The position numbers were made by a program, and so were the translations under genes. A stretch of DNA of 64,000 bases. Source: Clostridia bacterium (GTDB lineage: Bacteria; Bacillota; Clostridia; TANB77; CAG-508). Below are positions 20,169 to 29,369 of this stretch, in pieces. How positions within the stretch are numbered: position 1 is the first letter of the stretch; every line of letters begins with the position of its first letter. Below the pieces are notes generated by a model. The model saw nothing but the letters and a program-made list of their open reading frames with translations, was not told the origin of the DNA and did no database searches. The stretch lies in NCBI GenBank assembly GCA_017939755.1, contig JAGBAJ010000038.1, forward strand, positions 15,216-79,215, in the 5' to 3' direction.

Positions 20169-20552
20169 ATGAATTACTAGCCATTTTTCGTCAATTCGAA
20201 ATCAGGTTACTTATTTTTTATAGTAATCACAACAAGACTTTTGAAAATAGATTTATTGTAATAAAAAGTACATCATGCTATAATTTAAGTATAAAGAAAA
20301 TAGTAATAATGTTGCAATGTTAAATTCTCAGCTAACTCTTTAAGTAGTTAATATGTGTCAAAATATGCTGTAAAAATTAGAGAAACAAGAATTTTATATG
20401 ACTCCTAGGTGCACTATTAAAATATTAAGGAATATTGCAAAGAATTATTCAAGATAATATAATTTCAAAATTTGTATGCAAAATACAGAAATCAAGAAAA
20501 ATAAATTAATAAATTAAATAGGATACACCAATTTAATAAGGAGGCGATTTAT

Positions 20553-21110
20553 ATGGAAGATGATCAAATCAAGATTTACTATAAAAAAGGAGAGCCAATA
20601 GTTTTCTTACTAATGTCATTAATGGGTTTAGTAATGTGGTTAATATTTGTTGTGTCGTTAATACGAACTATGTTATATGATGGAGGACTAAGCTTCATAG
20701 TATCTACAATCGTAGGAACACTTTTTTTTGGATTGTGCTCCATAGGGTGTGGAGTTGAGGCTATAAGAAAAATGTTGTTTTATGTTATTTTAAAAGAAGA
20801 TACTTTTATAATTAGAAATGAGAAAGGAGAGAAATACGAATTTCAGCTCTCTAATATAAAAAAGATATTGGAAAGAAGAGAACAAATTGGCCGCACAAAT
20901 CACCCCACAATAAATAATTGGTTTATAATAGTATTAGAATCAGATGTTGAAATAAAACTACATTACACATTAAAAAATTTAGATAAATTGGCACAATATT
21001 TAATTGAAAAACGCGAAAGCGGGCAAATAACTCGAAAGGTATTACCTAAAGGTGTAGAAAGAATGTTATGCAAATATAAAAATGAAGGTGAAAAGATGGA
21101 TTGGCGTTAA
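20553..21110 (+). CDS. Hypothetical membrane protein (2 TM plus a soluble C-terminal domain)
   Basis: RBS taaggagg. Two hydrophobic segments, then a K/E-rich domain. No motif recognised. Confidence 0.6.
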   Translation: MEDDQIKIYYKKGEPIVFLLMSLMGLVMWLIFVVSLIRTMLYDGGLSFIVSTIVGTLFFGLCSIGCGVEAIRKMLFYVILKEDTFIIRNEKGEKYEFQLSNIKKILERREQIGRTNHPTINNWFIIVLESDVEIKLHYTLKNLDKLAQYLIEKRESGQITRKVLPKGVERMLCKYKNEGEKMDWR

Positions 21111-21276
21111 TGTAATTGATGAAAGTAAATAAAAGAAACAAGTGATAATTTAATCATATATGGTCATCATATGAACAATACCAGAGAAAATACGTTCGTA
21201 AATAATTAATTGTCAAAAGAACTAGTACATTAATTATTGTTCAAGTAAGATTAAGATGATGAAAAGTTACATTTTT

Positions 21277-21410
21277 TTATACATTAGGAAAGTCATGATG
21301 ACTTTTCCTAATGTATAAAAAGGCTTCGCGAAAACAGATGCACACAAACTTTACATTGTAAAGTTTGGCGCCGAACAAATCGGAAAATCTTTGATTTTCC
21401 GATTTGTTCT
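21277..21410. repeat. Modular intergenic repeat, copy B (modules P, G, variable hairpin, T)
   Basis: Palindrome ttatacattaggaaagtcat/atgacttttcctaatgtataa, then aaaaggcttcgcgaaaacagatgcaca, then hairpin caaacttta/taaagtttg, then hairpin gaacaaatcggaaaa/ttttccgatttgttc. Confidence 0.8.
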
Positions 21411-21577
21411 AAAAAGACTAAGTAAATATTTGATAAATAAAAAAGGTTATATAAACTTAGAAATGAGTTTATAGCCTTTTTTATATTATGGGAAGCAACA
21501 TAAAAATTTTTTGTTACGCAACACAAAGCGAAAATAAATATTTTAGTATCAAAAGAAAGTTCTACTTTCCTATATAT

Positions 21578-22390
21578 TTATAGTCCAAAAATTCTTAATA
21601 ATTGTATAAAAGAGCTTTGCCACCATGGGGAAGTATATCTAAATTTTAGATGTTTATCTTCTACGCATTTTACATATTTTTTTATAATAGAAGTATAAGG
21701 TTTTTGCTCTAAAAAATTCCATATTTTAATTTCATATTTTCTAATTAAATCAGCATATTTTGAGAAATATGAATTTGTATACATCCATTCATATTTTTTC
21801 GAATTATTTTCTTTATTAAATCCAGTAGCATATGCACCAGGCTCTATAAGAGCAACTTTTATATTTGTACCAGATAGTTTATTTAGGATTTTTAGTTCAT
21901 ATTTTAAACAAGTTGCAAAACATTCTAAGCTGAATTTCGATGCACAATAGGGAGATAAAAATGGCATTGGAATTCTTCCAACAATTGAAGATAGTATAAT
22001 AATTCTGCCACTTTTTAGTGCAACCATTTTTTCCAGTGCTAACTGAATCATGTGTAAGTTGCAAAAAACATTAGTCTCAAAAACATTTCGAATTCTTGAA
22101 ATATCTATATCTGCAACGGAGCCAGAGTCTCCTATAGCACTATTACTTATAAAAACATCAAAATTATAATCTAAAATAATTTTCCTATCATTTTCTTCTA
22201 AAATATCAAGTTTAAAGGCGTGTAAATTTAAATTTTCACTCTTAGCTATTGTGCGTAGTTTTTCAATTTCACTTTCATAATGGACGCTGGCATAAACTAT
22301 ATGTCCACGTCTGGCAAGTGTAATTGCTGCATCCATTCCAAGCCCAGAGCCACTTCCTGTAATAAAGACTTTTTTTGATTTATTTTTCAT
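21578..22390 (-). CDS. Short-chain dehydrogenase/reductase (SDR)
   Basis: N-terminal TGSGSGLG Rossmann motif and YCASK catalytic motif. Confidence 0.85.
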   Translation of the reverse strand: MKNKSKKVFITGSGSGLGMDAAITLARRGHIVYASVHYESEIEKLRTIAKSENLNLHAFKLDILEENDRKIILDYNFDVFISNSAIGDSGSVADIDISRIRNVFETNVFCNLHMIQLALEKMVALKSGRIIILSSIVGRIPMPFLSPYCASKFSLECFATCLKYELKILNKLSGTNIKVALIEPGAYATGFNKENNSKKYEWMYTNSYFSKYADLIRKYEIKIWNFLEQKPYTSIIKKYVKCVEDKHLKFRYTSPWWQSSFIQLLRIFGL

Positions 22391-22632
22391 ATAGAATAAT
22401 CATATTAGCAATTATGCTAAATGTCCTTTCTGCATAAATATAGTGTTAGTTTAAACCAAAATAATTAATTCATACGCTAATTGAATGTTACTAGATAAAC
22501 CATTAAATAGTAACAATTGAATAAAAATAATGTCTAATTTTGTTGTAAAAGAAAATTCGTTTAGATATAATCTAATTAGATTTTTCTACTTTATATTGAA
22601 TATATAAATAAGTGGGAAGAAGGAGGTTTTTA

Positions 22633-23130
22633 ATGGAGAATAATGAGAAGCTAAATTGTTCAGACCGAAAAATAAAAAATGAGGTAAATGAAATTTTATT
22701 GGAGTTTAAGCAAGACAAGCAAAACTTAATTACAATATTAAATGAAGTACAAGAAAAATATGGGTATATTCCTAAAATTGCACAATCACAAATTGCAGAA
22801 TATCTTGGTATACCACTTGCAGAAGTATATGGTGTTATAACATTTTATTCAAGATTTACATTAATACCAAAGGGAAAGTACAATATTTCAATATGCCTTG
22901 GAACAGCATGTTTTGTAAAAGGTTCAAAGGAATTATTGGAAAGAGCAAAACAAAGATTAGGAATTGAAGAAGGAAAAACAACAGAGGATGGAATGTTCTC
23001 TTTAGATACAACAAGATGCGTTGGAGCGTGCGGTCTAGCACCAGTGTTTACTATAAATAATGAAGTTTACGGTAAGGCCACAGTAAAGAAACTTGACGAA
23101 GTTTTGGATGAATTAATGAAGAATAAATAA
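22633..23130 (+). CDS. NuoE-like [2Fe-2S] subunit of a HydABC/Hnd-type hydrogenase
   Basis: CLGTACFVKG...CVGACGLAPV thioredoxin-like ferredoxin motif. RBS gaaggagg. Confidence 0.85.
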   Translation: MENNEKLNCSDRKIKNEVNEILLEFKQDKQNLITILNEVQEKYGYIPKIAQSQIAEYLGIPLAEVYGVITFYSRFTLIPKGKYNISICLGTACFVKGSKELLERAKQRLGIEEGKTTEDGMFSLDTTRCVGACGLAPVFTINNEVYGKATVKKLDEVLDELMKNK

Positions 23131-23279
23131 ATACTTTTTGAATTACTTTTAAGAAATATTAGGAATCAATTACACGTTGGAAGTGTGCGTCACTTTTGAT
23201 TTATCTAAAGTGTGTATTGGAGAATGGGAATGATTTTAGTTTTTTATATTTAAAGTAGAGAAGGGGTCGTAAATGTATA

Positions 23280-23328
23280 GACCTGTCCCTAATTTTAAAA
23301 ATTTTAAATTGAACCCCGTCCCTAATTT
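23280..23328 (+). repeat. Two tandem copies of a GC-rich 17-mer in the spacer upstream of the NuoF-like gene
   Basis: gacctgtccctaatttt (degenerate) and gaaccccgtccctaattt. The same 17-mer recurs in both orientations at 26955-27000. Confidence 0.75.
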
Positions 23329-23342
23329 AAAGGAGGAATACT

Positions 23343-25211
23343 ATGGCAAAAACTATTGCAGAGCTTGAAGAAATTAGAAAGAGAAAAAGAGCTGAATTAG
23401 ATTTAAGAGTTAATACAAAAGCAGATACACGAGAAAAACATATTTTGATATGTCATGGAACTGGATGTACATCATCTAAATCTCCAGAGATATTAAAAAA
23501 GTTCAATGAAGTTCTTAAGGAAAAGAATGTTGGAAATGTTAGAGTTGTAAAAACGGGATGTTTTGGACTTTGTTCAAAAGGTCCAATCGTAATTATTAGA
23601 CCAGAGGATACTTTTTATTCTATGGTAACTGTGGATGATGTGGAAGAAATAGTAAATTCTCACATTATAAATGGTAAAATTGTACAAAGATTATTATGCA
23701 AAGATGTAACAGGAGAAGTTGTTAATAAATTAGATGAACTTCCTTTTTACAAAAAACAGATGCGTGTTGCACTAAAAAATTGTGGTGTTATAAATCCAGA
23801 AGATATAGATGAATATATTGCTTTTGATGGATTTAAAGCATTACAGAAAGCATTAACCGAAATGTCTAAAGAAGAAGTTATTGACGAAATTAGCAAATCT
23901 GGACTTCGTGGTAGAGGTGGAGCTGGATTTCCTACTGGGAAGAAGTGGTCTTTTGTTAAAATGGCTGAGGGTGACCAAAAATATGTTGTTTGTAATGCGG
24001 ATGAGGGAGACCCAGGAGCATTTATGGATAGAAGCATTTTAGAGGGAGACCCTCATAGTGTTATAGAGGCTATGGAAATTGCAGCTTACGCAGTAGGTGC
24101 AAATAAAGGATACATATATGTTAGAGCTGAATATCCAATTGCTGTTCAAAGATTACAAATTGCAATAGAGCAAGAAAGAGCTTACGGAATTTTAGGAAAG
24201 AATATTTTTGGAACAGACTTTGACTTTGATATGGAAATTCGTTTGGGAGCAGGAGCATTTGTTTGTGGAGAAGAAACAGCACTTCTTGAATCTGTTGAAG
24301 GAAAGAGAGGTCAACCACGTTTAAAACCACCATATCCAGCAAATAGTGGTTTATTCCAAAAGCCAACACTTATAAATAATGTTGAGACATATGCAAATGT
24401 AACAAGGATTCTATTAAATGGTGCAGATTGGTATTCTTCAATTGGAACTGAAACGTCAAAGGGCACAAAGGTTTTTGCTCTTGGTGGAAACGTAAATAAT
24501 GTTGGATTAGTTGAAGTGCCAATGGGAACAACTTTAAGAGAAATTATTTATGACATAGGTGGAGGAATTCCAAATAAAAGAGCATTTAAAGCAGCTCAAA
24601 CAGGAGGCCCTTCTGGAGGTTGTATACCAAAAGAAAATTTAGATACCAAAATAGATTACGAGAGCTTAGCTCAAATTGGTTCAATGATGGGGTCTGGAGG
24701 ACTTATTGTAATGGATGATACAAAGTGTATGGTTAATATTGCTAAGTTTTATCTTGATTTTACTGTTAGCGAAAGCTGTGGTAAATGTACACCTTGCAGA
24801 ATCGGTACAAAAAGAATGTACGAAATTTTACAAAGAATTTGCGATGGAAAAGGTACAGAAGAGGATTTAGATAAGCTAGAAAGTTTAGCAGAAAATATTA
24901 AAAAAGCATCTGTATGTGGATTAGGTCAAACTGCACCAAATCCTGTACTTAGCACAATGAAGTATTTTAAAGACGAGTACAGAGCTCATGTTATAGACCA
25001 TAGGTGCGATGCAATGGAATGTAAGGCTATGGCTAAAATTGTAATTGACCCAGAAAAGTGTAAAGGATGCGACTTATGTAAAAAAGGTTGCCCTGTTAAT
25101 GCAATTAATGGAGAGCCTGGTAAAATTCATGAGATAGATCAAAGTAAGTGTATAAAGTGTAGAACTTGTGTAACTAAGTGTCCATTTAAAGCAATAGGAG
25201 GTGGAAAATAA
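23343..25211 (+). CDS. NuoF-like NAD(P)H/FMN-binding subunit of the hydrogenase
   Basis: GRGGAGFPTGKKW, SCGKCTPCR, and C-terminal 2x[4Fe-4S] ferredoxin motifs CKGCDLCKKGCP / CIKCRTCVTKCP. Confidence 0.9.
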   Translation: MAKTIAELEEIRKRKRAELDLRVNTKADTREKHILICHGTGCTSSKSPEILKKFNEVLKEKNVGNVRVVKTGCFGLCSKGPIVIIRPEDTFYSMVTVDDVEEIVNSHIINGKIVQRLLCKDVTGEVVNKLDELPFYKKQMRVALKNCGVINPEDIDEYIAFDGFKALQKALTEMSKEEVIDEISKSGLRGRGGAGFPTGKKWSFVKMAEGDQKYVVCNADEGDPGAFMDRSILEGDPHSVIEAMEIAAYAVGANKGYIYVRAEYPIAVQRLQIAIEQERAYGILGKNIFGTDFDFDMEIRLGAGAFVCGEETALLESVEGKRGQPRLKPPYPANSGLFQKPTLINNVETYANVTRILLNGADWYSSIGTETSKGTKVFALGGNVNNVGLVEVPMGTTLREIIYDIGGGIPNKRAFKAAQTGGPSGGCIPKENLDTKIDYESLAQIGSMMGSGGLIVMDDTKCMVNIAKFYLDFTVSESCGKCTPCRIGTKRMYEILQRICDGKGTEEDLDKLESLAENIKKASVCGLGQTAPNPVLSTMKYFKDEYRAHVIDHRCDAMECKAMAKIVIDPEKCKGCDLCKKGCPVNAINGEPGKIHEIDQSKCIKCRTCVTKCPFKAIGGGK

Positions 25212-26950
25212 TGATAAATTTAAAAATTGACGGAATTGACGTTGCTGTAGAAGAAGGAACAACTATACTAGCAGCTGCAAGAAAAGTAAATATAGATATT
25301 CCAACTCTTTGCTTCCTAAAAGAAATAAACGAGATTGGCGATTGTAGAATGTGTATCGTTGAGGTTGAAGGAAGAAGAGGATTTGTTACTTCTTGTATTC
25401 AAAAAGCAGAAGAGGGAATGATTGTACATACAAATACATCAGCTCTTATTGATGCGAGAAGAACAGTTTTAGATTTAATACTTTCAAACCATCCACAAGA
25501 GTGCCTAACTTGTGTAAGAAATGGAAATTGTGAATTACAAGATTTAGCAAAAAAATTTAATATAACTAAAGTAGACTTTGAAGGAGAGCGCATAGAGCAT
25601 GAGATAGACGATAAGTCTCCATCAATTGTTAGAGATAGCAATAAATGTGTTTTATGTAGAAGATGTGTAGGAGCATGTAAAAAAGTGCAGGAAATAGGAG
25701 CTATAGATTGCATGAATAGAGGCTTTGATTCATGTGTTGCAACAGCTGGAAATAACAGCTTAAACGATGTTGATTGCACATTCTGTGGGCAATGTATTGA
25801 AGCTTGTCCTGTAGGAGCACTTTATGAAAAGGACGATACAGGAAAAGTTTGGAGAAGCTTAAAAGATTCAGAAACATATACTATTGTTCAAACGGCACCA
25901 GCAGTAAGAGTTGCACTTGGAGAAGAATTTGGAATGGACATTGGCTCAGAGGTTCAGGGCAAAATGGTTACAAGTTTAAAAAGACTTGGATTTGATAAAG
26001 TATTTGATACAAATACAGGAGCAGATTTAACAATAATAGAAGAAGCAAATGAATTGATTGCAAGAATAAGAAATGGTGGAGTTATGCCAATGATAACATC
26101 TTGCTGCCCAGCATGGGTAAGATTTGCAGAAAAGAATTTTCCAGACCAATTGGATCATATATCTAGTTGCAAATCTCCTCATGAAATGTTCGGAGCAATT
26201 ATAAAATCATATTACGCTCAAAAGTTTAATATAGCACCAGAAAAAATATTTGTAGTATCAGTTATGCCATGCACTGCAAAGAAATATGAATCTGTAAGAC
26301 CCGAAATGGAAAATGATGGATTCAGAAATGTTGACGCAGTTATAACAACAAGGGAGCTTGCTAGAATGATAAAAAAAGCAAATATAGATTTTGTTGGACT
26401 TGAAGATTCAAACTTTGATGATCCAATGGGAGGGGCAACAGGTGCTGGTGCAATATTTGGAACAACTGGTGGAGTTATGGAAGCGGCACTAAGAACGGCT
26501 GCTGATGCTTTAGAAAGTAAAGATTTAGGAGAATTTAAGTACGAAGCGGTTCGTGGTGGAGCAGGAATAAAAAGAGCAACTATTAATTTAGCGGGAAAAG
26601 ATATGAAGGTTGTTGTTGCATCAGGATTAAAAAATGCAAGAAAAATAATGAACGAAATAAAATCAGGAAAAGCAGATTACGACTTTGTAGAAATAATGGC
26701 ATGCCCAGGCGGATGTGTAATGGGTGGAGGTCAGCCAATAAAAAATTCTAAAACACTTGCTACAAAAGATGTAAGAGCTCTAAGAGCAGATGCGATTTAT
26801 GGAATAGATGAAAAATCTGTTATAAGAAAATCGCATCAGAATGAGCGAGTAACAAAAATGTATGCAGAGTTTATAGGCGAAGCATGCGGAGAAGTAGCAC
26901 ATAAATATTTACATACTGAATATAAGAAACAAGAAAAATACGAAATTTAA
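25211..26950 (+). CDS. hydA: [FeFe]-hydrogenase catalytic subunit
   Basis: N-terminal 2Fe-2S and ferredoxin domains. H-cluster motifs TSCCPAW, MPCTAKK and EIMACPGGCVMGGGQP. The start overlaps the stop of the upstream gene. Confidence 0.9.
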   Translation: MINLKIDGIDVAVEEGTTILAAARKVNIDIPTLCFLKEINEIGDCRMCIVEVEGRRGFVTSCIQKAEEGMIVHTNTSALIDARRTVLDLILSNHPQECLTCVRNGNCELQDLAKKFNITKVDFEGERIEHEIDDKSPSIVRDSNKCVLCRRCVGACKKVQEIGAIDCMNRGFDSCVATAGNNSLNDVDCTFCGQCIEACPVGALYEKDDTGKVWRSLKDSETYTIVQTAPAVRVALGEEFGMDIGSEVQGKMVTSLKRLGFDKVFDTNTGADLTIIEEANELIARIRNGGVMPMITSCCPAWVRFAEKNFPDQLDHISSCKSPHEMFGAIIKSYYAQKFNIAPEKIFVVSVMPCTAKKYESVRPEMENDGFRNVDAVITTRELARMIKKANIDFVGLEDSNFDDPMGGATGAGAIFGTTGGVMEAALRTAADALESKDLGEFKYEAVRGGAGIKRATINLAGKDMKVVVASGLKNARKIMNEIKSGKADYDFVEIMACPGGCVMGGGQPIKNSKTLATKDVRALRADAIYGIDEKSVIRKSHQNERVTKMYAEFIGEACGEVAHKYLHTEYKKQEKYEI

Positions 26951-26955
26951 AACAA

Positions 26956-26999
26956 AACCCCGTCCCTAATTTAAAATTTTTTGAATTAGGGACGGGGTT
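26956..26999 (+). terminator. hydA terminator formed by inverted copies of the GC-rich 17-mer
   Basis: Stem aaccccgtccctaatt / aattagggacggggtt. Confidence 0.75.
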
Positions 27000-27075
27000 C
27001 AATTTCAAATTTTTGAAATGGGGGACACTCTAAAGGAAACTGGAAAAGGGGATGGTTCTTTTGTCCAAAGGTTGA

Positions 27076-27261
27076 TTGTATATACAAAAGAACTATCCAT
27101 TTGTTCATAATAGAAGATATGTATGTTATAAATATTATTACAGATTAAGATTTATTTTGGTAAAGTTAGATATACCATATTCTATAGACCTTGTATTTGT
27201 AAATAAAGCAGTAAAAAAGGAACTGTTAGATTCGATACAAGAAGATGGAAAGGAGTTTTAA
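27076..27261 (+). pseudogene. Probable 3' stub of a nucleotidyltransferase (MNT) antitoxin gene
   Basis: Only the last ~28 codons (SIDLVFVNKAVKKELLDSIQEDGKEF) look like an MNT C-terminus. It ends 1 nt before the HEPN start. The upstream part of the ORF has no NTase GS..D.D motif. Confidence 0.4.
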
Positions 27262-27262
27262 T

Positions 27263-27655
27263 ATGACACGATTTGAACAGAGAAAACAAGACTTTTTTAA
27301 GGTATTAGAGCGACTAAAAGATGGGATAAAACAAGAAGAAAGCGAAATAATGATAGATGGTATATTGCATAGATTTGAATTTACATTTGAATTAGCATGG
27401 AAAACGATAAAGGATTATTTAGAGTATTTGGGGTATATCGATAAAATTGGTAGCCCAAGAGAGATAATTCAAAATGGATATAAACAGGGCATTATAAAAG
27501 ATGGTGAAAAATGGATTGATATGATGCTTGCTAGAAATACGCTTGCACATATATATGATGAATCTACTTCAAGAGAAATATATAATAAAATAAAAGAGGA
27601 ATTTATTTTATTATTTGATAATTTAAAATTGCAGTTTGAAAATATTAATATATAA
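27263..27655 (+). CDS. HEPN-domain protein, HI0074-like (nucleotidyltransferase substrate-binding family)
   Basis: RFEFTFELAWKTIKDYL and an intact Rx4H motif (ARNTLAHIYDE). RBS aaaggag. Confidence 0.75.
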   Translation: MTRFEQRKQDFFKVLERLKDGIKQEESEIMIDGILHRFEFTFELAWKTIKDYLEYLGYIDKIGSPREIIQNGYKQGIIKDGEKWIDMMLARNTLAHIYDESTSREIYNKIKEEFILLFDNLKLQFENINI

Positions 27656-27843
27656 AAAAGGCTTCGCCGAAAACAGATGCACATCGATTAGCCGTATGAA
27701 TGAAATGAATTACGGATAATACATACACAGGAAATATACGGGCTGTAAAAAAATCCTACTATTGTAAATTACAATAATAAAAATCATTGAAAATACGTAT
27801 GTAAATTCAATGATTTTTTAGTTTTTTACAGCCCAATTTGTTC
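27654..27843. repeat. Modular intergenic repeat, copy D (module G, stem-loop unit, nested hairpin insert, partial module T)
   Basis: aaaaaaggcttcgccgaaaacagatgcaca, then agccgtatgaatgaaatgaattacggataatacatacaca, then gggctgtaaaaaaa...ttttttacagccc, then aatttgttct. Confidence 0.75.
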
Positions 27844-28001
27844 TGTATCAGGAAATCCTTGTTAACTTTTCCTTCTGGTTAATGAGGGTTCCTATTGACC
27901 GCTCTTTTAGATTGATATACAATAAAAATAATTAATTAAAGAAAGGTAGGTATAATATATTAAAATTTAAGTTTTATTATATTATACAGAGTGAAGATAT
28001 A

Positions 28002-28583
28002 ATGAAAATTGGAATAGATTTAGATGGTGTAATTTTTGATTCAGAAAAAGAGTTTAGGGTGTATTCTGAATTATATGATATGGTAGATTTAAAACAGAAC
28101 AGCAAAACAGATAATAGAAACTTAAAATTTCAAGATAGATTTAATTGGACGCAAGAAAATATAGATGGATTTTTAAAAAAATATCATAAGCAAATTATAG
28201 TCGAATCAAACTATATGCCAGGTGTTAAAAGAATACTAAAGTTGTTAAAGGAAGAAGGTAATAGTTTAATATTAATTACAGCTAGAGGTGGTTTAAATAA
28301 GGATATGATAAAAATAACCGAAGAGCGACTAAAACAAAGTGAAATGGACATTTTTGATAAATATTACTGGGGAACAGAAAACAAAGATGAGGTATGTGTA
28401 AAAGAAAATATAGATATTATGATTGATGATTCTTATGAAAAATGTGAAAAGATTTCTAAAAAGAAAGTAAAAACAATATATTTAAAAGATGCACCATCAT
28501 TTGATTTACAAGAGAATGAGTATTTAAAAGTGTTATATAACTGGGGTGAGATATATAGATACATAAAGGAGATAGATATTTAA
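28002..28583 (+). CDS. HAD-type 5'(3')-deoxyribonucleotidase-like protein
   Basis: N-terminal IGIDLDGVIFD (DxDGV) and a late IMIDDS motif, as in NT5C/YorS-like nucleotidases. Confidence 0.6.
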   Translation: MKIGIDLDGVIFDSEKEFRVYSELYDMVDLKQNSKTDNRNLKFQDRFNWTQENIDGFLKKYHKQIIVESNYMPGVKRILKLLKEEGNSLILITARGGLNKDMIKITEERLKQSEMDIFDKYYWGTENKDEVCVKENIDIMIDDSYEKCEKISKKKVKTIYLKDAPSFDLQENEYLKVLYNWGEIYRYIKEIDI

Positions 28584-29114
28584 ATGAAAGTACTAGTGGC
28601 AACAAAAAATCAAGGCAAAATAGAAGGCGCAAGAAGAGCTTTGGGGCACTATTTTGATAATATAGAAATTGAGGGAATTCCTGTAGAATCAAATGTAGGT
28701 GAGCAGCCAGTAAACAATGAAATATATAATGGAGCAAAAAATAGGGTAAAAAATTTGAAGAGATATGCTAAAGAAAATAACATAGAAGCTGAGCTATATT
28801 TATCAATTGAATCTGGAATAAGTAACGCTCTAGGAAGATGGATGATTACAAATATAGCGGTAATAGAAGATAATAGCAATTTTGAAAGCTATGGTACAAG
28901 CCCATCATTTCCAGTACCAGATAAACTGGTAGAAGACATCATAAATACTGACCTAAGTCAAGTAATGAATAAAATATTTGAAAATGATGAAGAAAGACAT
29001 AATAAAGGTGGGGGAATACAACTTCTAACACATAATGAAATTTCAAGAATAGATTTAACAGAAATGGCTTTTATTATGGCTTTAACGAAATTTATAAATG
29101 AAAACTGGCGATAG
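28584..29114 (+). CDS. Non-canonical purine NTP phosphatase (YjjX/ITPase-XTPase family)
   Basis: MKVLVATKNQGKIEGARRAL N-terminus and overall size are typical of the NTPase_I-T family. The start abuts the upstream stop. Confidence 0.7.
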   Translation: MKVLVATKNQGKIEGARRALGHYFDNIEIEGIPVESNVGEQPVNNEIYNGAKNRVKNLKRYAKENNIEAELYLSIESGISNALGRWMITNIAVIEDNSNFESYGTSPSFPVPDKLVEDIINTDLSQVMNKIFENDEERHNKGGGIQLLTHNEISRIDLTEMAFIMALTKFINENWR

Positions 29115-29369
29115 AAATAAAAGAATTAGAGAATGCAATGAATTTAGAAAATATTAATATAAAGAATTATGTTGCAGTAGATAATAGACTGGTAGAAATT
29201 CCAATAGAAGTAATAGGTTTATCAAAAAATTTAGCTAAGCTAAAAGGAAAAATGGAATAAATATTGTGATGAATAACAAGAATTATTAAGAGGAAGTAAA
29301 GAAAAATTATTAGACAATACAATTGTTGCTGCTATGAAGATAAACTAATTTTATTGAGGAGGAAAAGAA

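Noticed and set aside
21308-21526. 72-aa minus-strand ORF.
   Set aside because: It lies entirely within the modular intergenic repeat (copy B) and its hairpins. Homologous repeat copies elsewhere do not preserve the reading frame.
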